Source: Geosiphon pyriformis uo1 (taxonomy: Eukaryota; Fungi; Glomeromycota). Taken from it: a stretch of DNA of 64,000 nt. Both the position numbers and the translations under genes were made by a program. The stretch covers positions 1 to 64,000 of the forward strand of contig JAAOMT010000058.1 of assembly GCA_016748015.1 (NCBI GenBank). Direction: 5' to 3'. Under the pieces are notes generated by a model, which was not told the origin of the DNA, searched no databases, and saw only the letters and a program-made list of their open reading frames with translations. This document shows positions 43,420-56,895 of the stretch, piece after piece (position 1 is the first letter of the stretch; every line of letters begins with the position of its first letter).

Positions 43420-44286
43420 TATTACTCATAAAAAAAAACAGATATAAGAAAATAATAGACCAATAAGTAAATAGTATTTAGCACATGAGCACATTGCTCA
43501 GCAATGTAAAGCAATGTCAAAAAAACATGACACATTGCTCAGCAATATGGAGCAATGTTAGAAATTAAGACACATTGCTCAGCAATGTAAGCATTGCTCA
43601 AGAAATCATAACATATTGCTCGAGAATGTGAGCAATCTTATAGAACATCAATTATGTATATATAGCAGTAATATTAAAAGTAAAAAAGACAGAATCTTTT
43701 TAGTTAGAGACCTCTCAGTTTAGATTTCATCTAGACAACTTTTCAAACCACAATAAATAACTATTTGCTATTTAAGAAACTTACTTCTACTATCAATACT
43801 TCATGTTGATAGTAATTGATACTTAACCACACTGGAACAATAGCTCTTGATTATGGCTATTAACAGAATACTAACTTGCAAATCACCTTGGCTTATTTCT
43901 TACATTTCTTTAATTTTCTTTATTTCTTTTCTTTGATTTTTGTTGTATACTAATTAATTAAAAGATTAAAAGTGCTAAGTTATTGATGTCATGGATAGCC
44001 TAGTAAAAGACCCAAAAATAAGGATAGAATTATATATATATTATCAGATAGCTTACCAAAAGAGCATGACTGTCAGAATAAATCTGGTCACCAAGCTGAG
44101 AAAGAAATTAGGAAACAACTTACAAGAAAACCATAAATAACCTTAACAAAGAATCTCTGTCCATTATACAAAGAACTCATCAATCAAAACCTTCAGATCA
44201 TATTCATCATTAAATGCAAATAACTTTCAAGCACCAAGTTACGAGTTTGTTATTTGACTTAAGATTCTAAGTAATCACTTATAACA
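43420..44286 (+). repeat. 3' LTR of element A
   Basis: Follows the PPT; ends ATAACA then TSD CCGT. Confidence 0.92.
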
Positions 44287-46671
44287 CCGTCTTGGTAAAG
44301 TTAGATTAGTTGTATACTGGCTTAGGTTCTTAGGTGTTTTCTTTTTTTTAATAAGTAATTTAGTTTGGAGAATTGCTATGTGTAATATTCATGGCATTAA
44401 TATGCCAGCCAAGCAGGAAGATATTGTGTGATAACACATAAATTTGGGTAACATGGTTTTAATCATCACTGAAACTAAATTAAGATCTAGTATTTAGTTC
44501 TGAATTGTGAACAAATTTAGTAAAATGTGTATTTTTACTTCTGGTCTTGATAAGAGTTTTTTTGGAACCAGGGTGGCAGTTATATTAGACAATTCTTTTG
44601 TTTGTCATGTGTTTAAGGTGGAGGAGATTTCAGGTCAAATTATTTCAATTAAGCTTTTGTTCAAAGAGAAGTTATCTGTTACAATTTTAGGTTTGTATGC
44701 TGATGTATCTGTTGAGACAAGATATGATCAAACATCTAAAATCAATTTTTTTATTGCCAAAGCTGTCAATTCTAGCACTTTTGCAGTAGTAAGTAGAGAT
44801 TTTAATAAAGATAGTACTAAAAAGAGCACAAGTTTCAGATTTTGCATGGATCTGGAGTTGGTTAACTTTTTTCATAGACTTTCATTGACTAAGACTTTTA
44901 CTTGAAGCAATTTTAAGGGCATGAAAAAAGTCATTGATTTTGTTTTTGTTACTTACAGTCTGATATCTGCTGTTGCTGACCATAAAATTAAGCCAGTTTC
45001 TGAATTTTTTGATACTAATCACAAAGCAGTGTCAATCACAGTCGGTTTGGGTGGTCTTTTGGATGTTCATTTTAACAGTATGTGCAAACAAGCAAATAGG
45101 GATAGATAGAAATTCCAAGTCAAAAATGCTAATAATGAAAGTTAATCATGATTTAGAAAGTGTTTTTTGGACATATTCTTAAGAAAATAGTGGCTTTCAA
45201 TAATACTAAGTGTTATGGAGATTTGAATTCAATGTGAGAGATTCTGAAAGAGGTGGTAATAGTTTCTACAAATAAGGTGTTTTCTAAGTTGTGGTTTTCT
45301 GGATCTGATGTTTCAGTGAATAAGCAATTATTGAAGTTTGTTAGGCTTGAATTGCTAGTGGCAAAGCTAGTAAGAAGTATAAGCTCTAATTATGTTTTAA
45401 GGACTGCTTGTCTTGTTAACACATGGGTTGTCATTGATGAGAAGGAAGCTGTTAAAGTTTGTAATATTGTTACAGTTGAAGCCCATAATTTTTATTAGTT
45501 ATCACATGTATTAGCCATTAATGTCATATAATTAACCACTCTATTTTTAGATAGTGATCATTGACCTGATTAATGACCTGACTGTTGACCTAGTTGTTGA
45601 CCACTTTCATTAGCTATATAAGCAATGAGTCTCTTAGCTGTAGAAAATTATCTCTCAGACAAGAATCAAATAAATAAAAATAACAACTTTTATCTCAATC
45701 ATTCTCTTATCACTAATTTTCTTTTCCCTACCTTCAAGTATCTGAACATCTTAGAATAAAAGATTACTTGTTGGCCTTTTCCTGTTTGAATAATTGTAGT
45801 ATTTGAAGACTATTTGTATAAACATAACTGAAGAGCACAAGTTGATATCTGATATTGAATTCTAAGAGTGCTGATGTAAAGACATAGAATTAATACCAGC
45901 AGTGATCAATTTTTGACAGTATGGACTATCTTTCTACCTTCAGATTCCCCAGTTATCTTTGAAAAGAATAGTGACTGAGATATTTTATGAGACTAATCTT
46001 GCACATTGAATCTATACTCATTCAATTCACTCTTTAAAGTTGAATTCCCCTTTGATTATTTCCATCACCCTACAATCCTGTTCTCCCTTGCTATCCGTTA
46101 GCTTATTACTCCAACCCATAACATAAAAGTGGTGCTCCCTGTGAGGTTGTCAAAATTCACTTATTCCCTTATTGTATGGGTGATTACTCATATCTGCCAC
46201 AGCAATCAGAAGAACACTTTGCAGCACACAACAGAAATGACCTAGATTTCATTGAACTTAATCCTCTGCTCTTCTGCTTGATCTGTTTTTTTATTGAAGA
46301 ACAATCCAGCAAATAATTCTAAGACTTTTAGAACTGGTTCTTGAATAAGCATTCAGCTGAAATCTATACAACTTATACAACCTATTACTTTGATCAAGCT
46401 TATTTTGAAGATAACTTTGAAGAAAGAAACAACAGTATCAATTAGCTCTTATATTTTACAACCTTTGAACAACAGCCCCCTGATTTCGAATATTTGAATC
46501 ATCAAATCCATATTTGGATTGCTGCCCATCAATCAACAGTAACTCCTCTTGAAACAGAAAAAGAAAGCTACCTATTTTTGATCTCTTCTTAAGTGAATTA
46601 GAGCACTCCACACAAACAGTAACTCCTAAACCAATGGCCCAAGATCCAATGCAAGTAAACATCCTGGCTGC

Positions 46672-47754
46672 TGTTATCAGTAAACTTAGTGTGTATAGGA
46701 AATGGTAATGTTTGGTGCTCTCAATTATTGATAATGCATCTTCTACATAATTCTGTTGGCTTAGTCTTGATTATCAGTCTCTGAAGGTCTATTTCTGAAT
46801 GTGAATTTTACCTATTGAGTTTTTTGGTTATAAGGCACAGAGTTTGTCTTTCATCGATTGCAACATTTTTCATAAATGTGAGCTTTCTTCTCCGAGCTAA
46901 TGAGCGCAGTTGTTAGGGTCTGGCATTGTCTTTTCACCCTTCTGGTAAGCTAACAAGATAATGTTAATATCTAAAACTTAGGAAGAGCTTCCCTCTTTTA
47001 CCAGGCTATTACAAAGTCTATTCCCAGACAGTTGATTTTATTATGTTGCTGCTCCACAAAAATAAGACAGAAAAAGAAAGAAAAAGAAAAAGAAAAGAAA
47101 AGAAAAGAGAGAAAAGATAAATTAATATCGTCAATTGCCATGATCAAGAGTGATTGGTCTAAATCATTAATAGGTTTAAGGCAGTTATGCTAAGAGCATC
47201 TGTTCTAGAATGGAAGTACGAAACAAGGGTTAATTCACGTAAATTCCACGAAGTTCAAGAACATGAATTCATGATTCTGATTTCTTTAATAATTGGTTTA
47301 TTTCAGGAGATGAAATAGAAAAGATAATAAAGGATGAAGGAGTATGGATATTTTAATTCTGGTCTAGAGGTTCGTATCTATCTGTCTGTCTTTTCTCATT
47401 TCTACAACTACTTGCTTTTATACATTTTTTTGGTTTTACAGGATTGCTTTCAATTGTCTCGCTATCACTAACTATTGCTTTGTTGTTTCTGTTATTGCTT
47501 CGTTTTTCTACATTATCACTAGTTATCCTATGTTATAACACGTTATCTGATGTTATTACATGTTATTCTGTATTATCCTGTATTATAACATGTTATCCTA
47601 TGTTATTGTGCGCTATTTTGTGTTATCCTGCATTATAACACATTATCCTATGTTATAATGCATTATCCAACATTATTGCACGTTATTCTGTGTTATGTCA
47701 CATTTTGGTCATGTTTCTTTATAACTTTGGATCAGTTTTTCTACTCGGGTAACA
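46672..47754 (-). repeat. 3' LTR of element C
   Basis: Direct repeat of 55813-56895; adjacent to the PPT. Confidence 0.92.
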
Positions 47755-47774
47755 TTATCTCTCTCTTTTTAAAA

Positions 47775-48503
47775 TTAAGCTCCTGCGAAACCATATGTAT
47801 CTGTTATCATGACTTCATTTGTGTAATGTTTAATTGTTGTCTTGAGTATTGCCTTTTGTAGATCTTTGAACTGTTGATTGGTTATTTGTCCTATGTTGTT
47901 AATCATTATGGTTTTTATAGATCTGTTCAGTAGTATGTTTGGGCAATGTTGAAAGGCAGCGTATAGTTGGTATGCTGCTTTGTAATGTAGGGTCAGGTTG
48001 TTTTTCCCTATGAATTTTTCTACTTGTTGTATTGCTTCTTTGTTGAACGTTTTCTGGCTGAGATCTTTGTATGGTGTTTTCAAGTCAAGCTGTTTTCCAA
48101 TTTTGTAGAACTAATAAGCTGGAGGAAGTCTTTCTTTCCATTCCTGGGTGTTGTCAGGTGTCTACTCTCCTGTTTCAGGGAGTTTGATCCCATGAGCTAA
48201 AGCTTCTTTTATTTCTTTGAGCTCGGGGACCAAGTATCTTTTTTTGTAACTTTTTTCTCATTTTTTGCCTCCTTCTTTTTCACCTCCCACCCGAAGGCAA
48301 TTTTTCTTCCAATATTGCCTTTTGGGTGGTGGGTAGGGGAGAGAATGTTTAGTTCTAATTGAACTCTTATCCTCCCTTCTCCTGCTTTTATCTTTGTACC
48401 ATATCTCTTTTTTATCAATTGTTATTTCTATTTGAGATGTCGATTTTTGAATTGTTTCAAATAATTGTTTAAATAATTTTAAAATTTGATCTGAAAGGTC
48501 CAT
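47775..48503 (-). pseudogene. ORF3 of element C (~242 codons, unknown function)
   Basis: MDLSDQILKLFKQLFETI...EWKERLPPAY*FYKIGKQL...AAYQLYAAFQ...GFAGA*. One frame; aligns by eye with ORF3 of A. Confidence 0.75.
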
Positions 48504-51500
48504 GTTGAAATTTCTATCATTTCTTGCTGCTTTTCGGATGCTATATATATTTGAATTCCCCAATTTAATTTGCTGCCTGTTGTCTATGTTTTAATGACAA
48601 TAATTGATTCTAGATCTTATAGTATATCTTTTGGTCTGATTAATAAAATTTGTGTTCCTAGTTGAGGTACTAATAACAATAATTCTTGTTTTACATTATA
48701 AATTTTTAACCAATTTCCATGCGCTATTTTCTTTAAAATTCTGTCTTCCAATCATAATTTGTAAGCTCCATTTCCTAATGCTTCATATATGTGGAATGGA
48801 TCATTCCACTTTGGGTCGAACTTTCCACTCCACTGTTTCTCAACTTTTGTATGATGTAACAGTACTTGGTCTCCAATCTTGAATTCCATTGGTTGTTTTG
48901 ATAGGTGTTTATCATGTCTTTTTTTTTGTTGTTCTTGAGCATGACTAATATTGTCAGCTGCTGTTCTTTGATTGTTTTCCAACATTTCTATTAGCTGGTA
49001 TGTTCTTTGGTATAAGGTAGCCTCAAAATTTTCTTTATTGATTGTTTCTGTTGGGTATAATGGTATCACTCGTTCAATCAGTAACGTAGCTTTTCTTCCA
49101 TAGACTAGTTCAAACAGTGTGAACTGAGTCATATTTTGTTTCAATGTTTGGTATGCAAAGAGTACAGAAGGTATGAATAAGTCCCATTCTTGTCTGTTTT
49201 TATGACTTATTTTTGCTAGTGCTTCACACAGTGTTCTGTTAAATTGTTCTACCAGTCTGTTCATTTGTGGGTAATATGGTGACAATAAGGGTCTCTTTAT
49301 TCTAAACTGTTGGCTTAGTTCAGTCAATGTATTATTAACAAAGTGTGTTCCCTGATCAGATAATAATTCTTTCGGACATCCATGTCAGCAAATTAGGTTT
49401 TGATGCACAAATTTGGTGACTGTTTTGGCATCAGCCACTTGGATTGCTCTGGTTTTTGGCCATTTTGTAAGATAGTCTATAGCTATAGTGATATAGCGAT
49501 TTCCTTGGAATGTAATTGAAAGAAGTCCAACCAAATTGATCCCGATTCTATTAAATGGATTTCCAACTGGAATGGGTCGAAGTAGTTCTGTTGATCTTGC
49601 TCCTCCTCTTCACTGGCATGTGTCACAATTGAGCACGTATTCAAAAATGTCTTTGTATATTATTGACCAATAGTATAAGTTTAGTGTTCTTTCGAGAGTA
49701 GCATCTTTGTTAAAGTGTCCTGCAGTCAGATCTGAGTGCACGCTATATAGTATAGTTTCTCTTTCACTGTCCTTGATTAGTCATTGTGAGTTGGGGTGGT
49801 TTCGGCATTCTTGTCAATATAGTTGGTTGTCTTGAATAAAATAATTTTGGGCTTGTTTTCATATGGTACTCTGTTCCTGTTGAGATAATATCTCCTTGAA
49901 ACGTAGTGTCGATAGGTACTGATGTAGTTGTTGATAAGTGAGTGTGTCCATGGGTCTGGGATTAGGTTTGTGGTATTCTCAACAAACTGTCAACATTGGT
50001 GTTCTTGGATCCTTCCTTGTAATAGACTTTGAGTGGGAATTGTTGCAGATAAGTACTCCATCTTGCATATTTTCTTTCTAGTTGTGGATTGTTGAATAAC
50101 CAAATAAGTCCTTTGTGGTCAGTATATAAGTCAAATGGTTGACTGAGGTAATGTTTCCAAGTCTGTATGGCCCAATAAATGGCGAGACATTCCAGATCTG
50201 TTGTGCTGTAATTTTTTTCTGCTGGGCTAGTGCTGCAACTAGTATAGACAACTGGGTGTTCTCTATTGTCTGGTCCTATCTGTGATAAGACTGCTCCTAA
50301 AGTATTTTTCGAGGCATCCGTGGCAACAATGAACCGTTTAGTGAAATCTGGGTAAATCAGGATTGGGGATGTGATCAATCGTTGCTTGAAATAGTCAAAT
50401 GCTTTCTGTTGATCTTTCTTCCACAAGTATGGTATGTATTTGGACAACAATTGATGGAGTGGTTTTGTGATGTTTGAGAAACCTTTGACAAATTGACGAT
50501 AATATTCTGCCAATTCTAGAAATCCTCATAATTTTCTGAGGTTGATTGGGGCTAGAAAATCCTTGACTTTTTGTACTTTATCTGAATCGGGTTTAACTTC
50601 ATCTTTGCCAATTACATGTCCTAGGAATTTTAACTCGGTTTTTCCAAAGAAGCACTTTTCAGGATTGAGTTTCAATCCGGCATTACAAAGGTGTTCGAAG
50701 ACTTGTTGCAGGTAAAGCAGATAGTCTTTGAATGTTTCGGAGAACACGTTTGTGTCATCTAGGTAGACTACTACTGATTTCCAAAGGATTCTTTTGTATA
50801 CTACATCCATCAGGCGTTGAAATGTGGCAGGAGCATTACAAAGTCCAAAAGACATTATGTTAAACTCAAAGTTTTCATCTTGAATGGTAAATGCTGTTTT
50901 TTTTTTGTCTTTGGGGTCCATTTCAACTTGCCAATAACCACTTGCTAAATCTAATGACAAGAACCATTTCTTTTTCCCTAGATTGTCCAGAATTTCCTGA
51001 ATGAGAGGAGTGAGATACCTATCTCCTTGCGTGACACTATTTAGTTTTTAATAATCTACACAAAATTGCATTTTTCCATTTTTCTTGGTGACCAAGACTA
51101 CTGGTGAGGACCAAGGGCTTAACAATTCTTTGATTAGGCCATTATTAAGCATCTGTTGCACTTCTTGCTTAATTAAGTTATTGCCAGATGGGAGTACATG
51201 GTAAGTTTGTTGCTTAATTGGTCAAGCATTTCCTGTATCAATCTGATGCTTCACGATGTTAGTGCATCTGAACTCATTTTTACTGGCAAAGACATTGGCA
51301 TACTGATTCAGAAGGACTTTGAGTTGCATTTGTTATAAGGTACTTAAATTTCCTAAATTCAATTTATTGATCTCTTCTGGTGTGAACAAGTAACTTTCTT
51401 TTGGTAAATTCCATACTTGTGAGGTAATGTCACAGAATAAGAATAATTGTGCAAAATCTGGAATGGACTGGAGTTTTTCAGGATTCTGAATATCTGTGGA

Positions 51501-51779
51501 TATAGAACTAACGAGAGTCCCTTCGGGGATTTCAATGACATCTTCTGTTGGGTTGTGGATGGAGATTTTGAAGTGTTTATGGGCTTTGGCCAGTAGTTAT
51601 AGATTAGCAACATTGGCTAGGGAACAGATTTTGAGACTGGCTTTGAATAACAGGGCTTGATCTTGGATTTTTCGATTCACCTTGAGGATGTATTGTCGGT
51701 ATAGGAGAATAGAGATAACAGTATCGGTGTTGATAAATTCTATCTGGTCACTGTCTTTCTCTGTGAAACTAACTGGTAC

Positions 51780-52200
51780 ATTTCTTCTTCCACTTGATTC
51801 AAATCCATTGATTCCTTGGGCAGTGAGGCCTAACTCTTTTTGGGTTGTTACCAGAGTTAATTAGAGTATTTTGACTAGGGGTAGGAAGATAGCTTGGACA
51901 ATCTTTTCTTGTGATTCTATTTTGTAGGGTCTGTCTAAATTGTTCTGTAGCATCACAATGATGTTTCTCATGTAACTGGCATCGATGATTCCTCCTTTTA
52001 TGTCGATTCCTTTCTTGGCTAAACTAGATCAAGAGGCAACTTGTACCATTGTACTAACAAGAATTTCTAATGCTATCTTAAGATCTATTTTTATGAAGGA
52101 ATGTGAGGCTATAATGATAGGTGATTGTCTGGGGTATCATAGGTCAAAACCGGCATCGGTGTCATGCGCTTTTTCAGAGCAGATTCTTTCTTTGTTATCA
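51780..52200 (-). pseudogene. dUTPase domain in pol of element C
   Basis: KAHDTDAGFDL, QVAS*SSLAKKGIDIKGGIIDASYMRNI, EKIVQAIF, AQGINGFESSG. Confidence 0.88.
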
Positions 52201-55200
52201 CTGTACCATTTTAGTTCTAGTTCTTTGGATAAGTCAGGATATGTGAAATACTGTTTTGTTTTAGTATTCTCAGTTGGATCTTGAAATGACATGTCCTTGG
52301 TGATCAATATTTCTTCTTTGGGCTCAGGTAGTTCAGTGATTGGAAACAGTATTCTTGGAGGCAGATTAAACATGAGATCACATTCGTTACAGTACTAAAA
52401 GTGACAGAGGATCAAACAGTAATCGCACAGTTTGGTATTCAAATTGGCCAACCTTTGCTCCTGTTCTTCGTGAGTCAGGGCCAATTTCTGATATTAGTTC
52501 TGAAATGCATCTGGGTTATCTGTGAAGAAATTATCCTCGGGGTAGTCAGGTCCATTATATTCAGGTGTTCAAGGGTTGTCCTTGATTTCTCGTATTTCTT
52601 TGGGTGTGGTGCCTTCAGCCTTGGTGCTTGCCATTCTTCAGATTTTGTGGTCATTGTGTGGATAACTGTTTAGCCTGTTGAGTGCTTGTTTCCAAGCATC
52701 CTCAATGGGGGTTCCCTTTCGTATTTAATCATTGATTAATATGGTGTATTGACAAGCCTCATCGCATGTTTCTCCTCTGCCAGGCACATTATTCCAGAGT
52801 TCTTTATCTGGCAGGATTTTGCTACATGTAAGGCATGGCATGTTGTCCTACTTGCCTTGTCATTTTGGTCATCCAAATCTTTCCAGTAAACAAAGTTTGC
52901 AATAGTATTTGGTGGCAGTGGGCCATTCTTCGTTGTCCCCAATATATGCACCCATAGTAGATAGTTTTTTTCCACAATTGACACATATTAGTCTTGGGAG
53001 TTGGTAAAATAAGTTTCTTTGGTTTAAGGTTACGTATCCTAGTGATGACAATTGGGGTTCTTCTTCGGCTCTGCCTTTTCCTTTTTCTTCTTAGATTGGT
53101 AGTGGGGGTAGTTCAGTTCAATAATCATCTGCCCATGAAACCTGATAGGTCTCGATGGTTGGTGGCATTGATGTGTCTTCGAATTCAATAAGGGGTTCCT
53201 CAGTACGTTGGGTTTTAAAGTGTCCGCACATAGCTGGAACTTGGGCATGCTGTCCGTTGAACATGAGTTGAAGTTCTTGGGTGTTTCAGTCAAGAGTAGT
53301 GTTGGCTTTTGACAACCAGTTGTTTCTTACTAGAGCTTGATATTGAGTAGCTTCCATGACAAGTACTTTGGTAGGAATTTGGATTCCATTAATCTTGAAG
53401 GGAAAGTTGTCAATTTCTCCTATCAGGGTTTTTGTGTTTCCATCCACTGTAATGATCTGGGCAGTAGTGACATGGTCTACTTGGCGACCTAATTGGTCCA
53501 TGAGCTGCTTCGTGATTATGCTACTGGCTGATCTGCTATCCAGGATTAATTTAATGTCTATTCCTCCGACTCTGGCATTGGTGTATAGAGCCATTATTGG
53601 TTTATTCTAATTGATGGCTGCTCTACTAAAAAGGCTATGGGTGTTCAAATTATCAATGTCAAAAGGAAATATGGCAGCTAGGGTGGTGTCTTTGGTAATA
53701 GTGGCTGGTGGAATATTGCTTTTTGTTTGCTTGGAAGGTTGGGAGATTCGTTTTATATCCCCCCTTTCCACAGGTGTAGATTTATCAAAACCCTGGTCTT
53801 CCATAAGACTGAGATAAGAAGCTTGATTCAGGTATTCAGTTGGTGTTGGTTGAAATTGGGCAGGACCACAAGGGATTGGTCAAGACAGTCCACTGTTGGT
53901 TTGCACCTGATTGTTGTTGGGATTCCTCCATCCCTGATTATAGTCTATAGCTCGAAGTCTGGACAGACTGTAAGGAGAAGTTTGATAGTAAGGGATTGCT
54001 TGTGTCATTGGTGGTGGTTGATAATAATTCTGGGACTGTGGTTGAGTGTACGGAACTTGTTGTGTATATAAAGGTGGTTGATTCTGAGGTATAGAATATT
54101 GGGATATCATGTTTTACTGATATCTGGGTTGCTGGTATGGGTTTCCTTGATTTTGGTTCATGATCTTCTTTCTCTAGTCACGAGTGATGTGTTCAGGTTT
54201 CTAGCAGTAGTAATAGTTGTGGGGATCAGATCTCCAAGGTTGTTGCTATTGCTGACAGTTTTGTTGCTATGAGTATCTGCTGTTGTTGTTATTTTCTCTC
54301 CGTTGGGGTGGTTGGTAAGTTCTTGTAGTTCCGGCTAAGAATTTCTCAATTTTCTGAGTTAGTTTTTCACTCAATTGGGTTATCTTTGTGTCAATGTCAG
54401 AGATTCCATTAATGGCTAAATTAACAGCTTGGGTATGATTCATTTCTTGTTTTGCAGACTCAAAATCGCAAGCAAGAGTGATGGCGTCTTGTAAACTGGT
54501 CAGATGGCGGGGTTTTATGGATCTTAGAATACTACTCTGCAATCCTTTAATGAATTGATTAAGAACTTGCACCATGATGTAGTAGCCCCTTTCGATAGCT
54601 AATATTTAACGCAGGATTTGATTGAATTGTCCGAGATAAGTAGTTACTGCTTCATGATCTTTTTGTTTAATTATGTTGAATTGAATCTGCAATTAGATTA
54701 ACGTATTGGGGTCATAGAAGTATTGCAGAATGCAAGTTTAAACTTGGTAAAAGAGGTAAGCTTCTCTGCTAGGCTCTGGTATCACAAATTGGCAGTTCCA
54801 GTCAGAAAAAATGGCAGTGCCTGAATTGTGTGGTCGTCATTCCAACCGTTAGCAGTAATTGCTTTCTCGGCATCTGTGATCCAAGAATATGCATTATCTT
54901 CTTTACCAGAGAATTTTTCCAATTTAGCGATATCCTGGTAAGCCATGATCTGGTTAATAGGTAAGGTGTTACTGGTTATGTTTAAAGAGATTAATGTCCG
55001 TGTATTCAAGTGTTCTCTGGGTGCTAATGCTGGTTGCTTTTCTTTGTCACTTGAACCAATAGGTTGTAAGATAGTTGTTTTTTCTGTCAGGGGAGATGCT
55101 GATTCTACTAGGTTTTGTGCTGGTGGCTGTTCCCAAGTTAACGGGTTTCCTTCTGTTTGACTAGCTGCTGGGATAAGATTTCCAAACAGTGATCCATATT

Positions 55201-55812
55201 CTCCTAATGATTTGGTCCAACTGTGTTGATTCCAAGAGTGTGGATTTCCAGGAGTTTGTAGTGTTTCTGACTGGGTTTCCAGGGGTGGGTTGAATACAAT
55301 TCTACTTTGAAGTGTCTGATAGTATGATGGAATTGTTGGAAAGAGGACCCTTAGTTTCTTGTTGACCGTGGACTTGGCTTGGGCAGTTATGGGGTTGTTG
55401 GATTTGTTTTCATATTCCTCAGAGTTGGATTCCACTGGTTGTTGTACTTGAGGGAATCATTGTGCCATATAATATTTAATGTCTGTATCGATTATGCGCA
55501 GAGTTTTAGTGATTGCTTGGGTAGTCATGGCTGTTGAGTACCCTAGTAAGCTTTGATGGATTTGTTCTCCAAGTCTTCCTGTATCAGTTGCATGGCCTAA
55601 CAAGCAGTCAATTTTTGCATTGATATAGTTACAAAAATCACTTTCTGCATAAGTGGTTTCTGCTGGTATTCTTAGGTCTTTTCAAAAGTATTGAAATAGT
55701 GCTTTTCTGTATGAGGAGTGGTCCTTTCCTATTGTTCCAATAGTCGCCACTTTTATGTATTTTTGGGGATGCTCTGTCTCTGTGGATTTATAACCTCACA
55801 GAGAGCACCAAA

Positions 55813-56895
55813 TGTTACAGGTAAACTTGGTGTGTATGGGAAATAGTAACATTTGGTGCTCTCAATTATTGATAATGCATCTTCTGCATAATTTTGTTGG
55901 CTTAGTCTTGATTATCAGTCTCTGAAGGTCTATTCTTGAATGTGAATTTTACCCATTGAGTTCTTTGGTTATAAGACACAGAGTTTGTCTTTTGTCAATT
56001 GCAACATTTTTCGTAAATGTAAGCTTTCTTCTTCAAGCTAATGAGCACAGTTGTTAGGGTCTGGCATTGTCTTTTTGCCCTTCTGATAAGCTAACAAGAT
56101 AATGTTAATATCCAAAACTTAGGAGGAGCTTCTCTCTTTTACTAGGCTATCACAAAATCTATTCCCAGACAGTCAATTTTACTATGTTGCCGCTCCACAA
56201 AAATAAGACAGAAAAAGAAAAAAAAAGAAAAAGAAAAGAAAAGAAAAGAGAGAAAAGATAAATTAGTATTATCAATCGCCGTGATCAAGAGCGATTGGTC
56301 CAAATTGTTAATAGGTTCAAGATGGTTATGCTAAGAGCATCTGTTCTAGAATGGAGGTATAAGACAAGGGTTAATTCACGTAAATTCCACGAAGTTCAAG
56401 AACATGAATTCATGATTCTGATTTCTTTAATAATTGGTTTATTTCAGAAGATGAAATAGGGAAGATAATAAAGAATGAAAGGGTATGGATATTTTAATTT
56501 TGGTCTAGAGGTTCATATCTATCTGTCTGTTTTTTCTCACTTTTATAACTACTTGCTTTTATACATTCTTTTGGTTTTATAGAATTGCTTTTAATTGTCT
56601 CACTATTGCTAGCTATTGCTTTGTTGTTTCTGTTATTGCTTCATTTTTCTATGTTATCATTAGTTATCCTATGTTATAACACATTATCTAACATTATTAC
56701 ATGTTATTCTGTGTTATCCTGCATTATAACATGTTATCCTACATTATTGTGCACTATTCTGTGTTATCCTGCGTTATAACACATTATCCTATATTATAAT
56801 GCATTATCCAATATTATTGTGCATTATTCTGTGTTATGTTACGTTTTGGTCATGTTTCTTTATAACTTTGGATCGGTTTTTCTACTCGGGTAATA
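55813..56895 (-). repeat. 5' LTR of element C
   Basis: Followed on the minus strand by TT and the PBS; outer end flanked by TSD CTGC. Confidence 0.92.

Larger units (their letters stand above)
34175..44286 (+). mobile_element. Full-length decayed Ty3/gypsy LTR retrotransposon A (gag-PR-Cys-rich-dUTPase-RT-RH-IN-ORF3)
   Basis: TSD CCGT/CCGT; PBS TGGTGCTTTCTGTGAG at 35026; PPT AAAAAGAGGAGATAA; zinc knuckle CHYCGKQGHIQIDC; protease LILDSGS; RT FCVDYRKLN; RNase H ITTDA; integrase YPQTNGLVERFNRTL. Many premature stops. Confidence 0.95.
32222..45467 (+). mobile_element. Degenerate non-LTR retrotransposon (LINE), interrupted by element A and cut by element B
   Basis: ORF1 from ATG 32385 (MSKKKAS...) with an RRM-like segment and CCHC-like EKCGWFDHSAFEC. 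The frame resumes at 44291 after element A. ORF2 APE endonuclease from ~44352 (VWRIAMCNIHGIN, IITETKL, KKVIDFVF, TNHKAV). 5' boundary approximate. Confidence 0.8.
46672..56895 (-). mobile_element. Full-length decayed Ty3/gypsy element C, inserted antisense into gag of B
   Basis: TSD CTGC/CTGC; LTRs 55813-56895 and 46672-47754; PBS TGGTGCTCTCTGTGAGG; PPT AAAAAGAGAGAGATAA; protease LILDSRS; RT LDLASGYWQV and YLDD; RNase H VATDAS; integrase NRLVEQFNRTL. Confidence 0.95.

Noticed and set aside
56585-56895. Hydrophobic Cys-rich ORFs (MLLIVSLLLAIALL..., also 47444-47861) and the N-terminus of the 383-aa ORF at 56799, resembling env or membrane proteins
   Set aside because: Antisense translations of the tandem repeats in element C's LTR. 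The 383-aa ORF is a chance fusion of LTR sequence to the interrupted gag of B.
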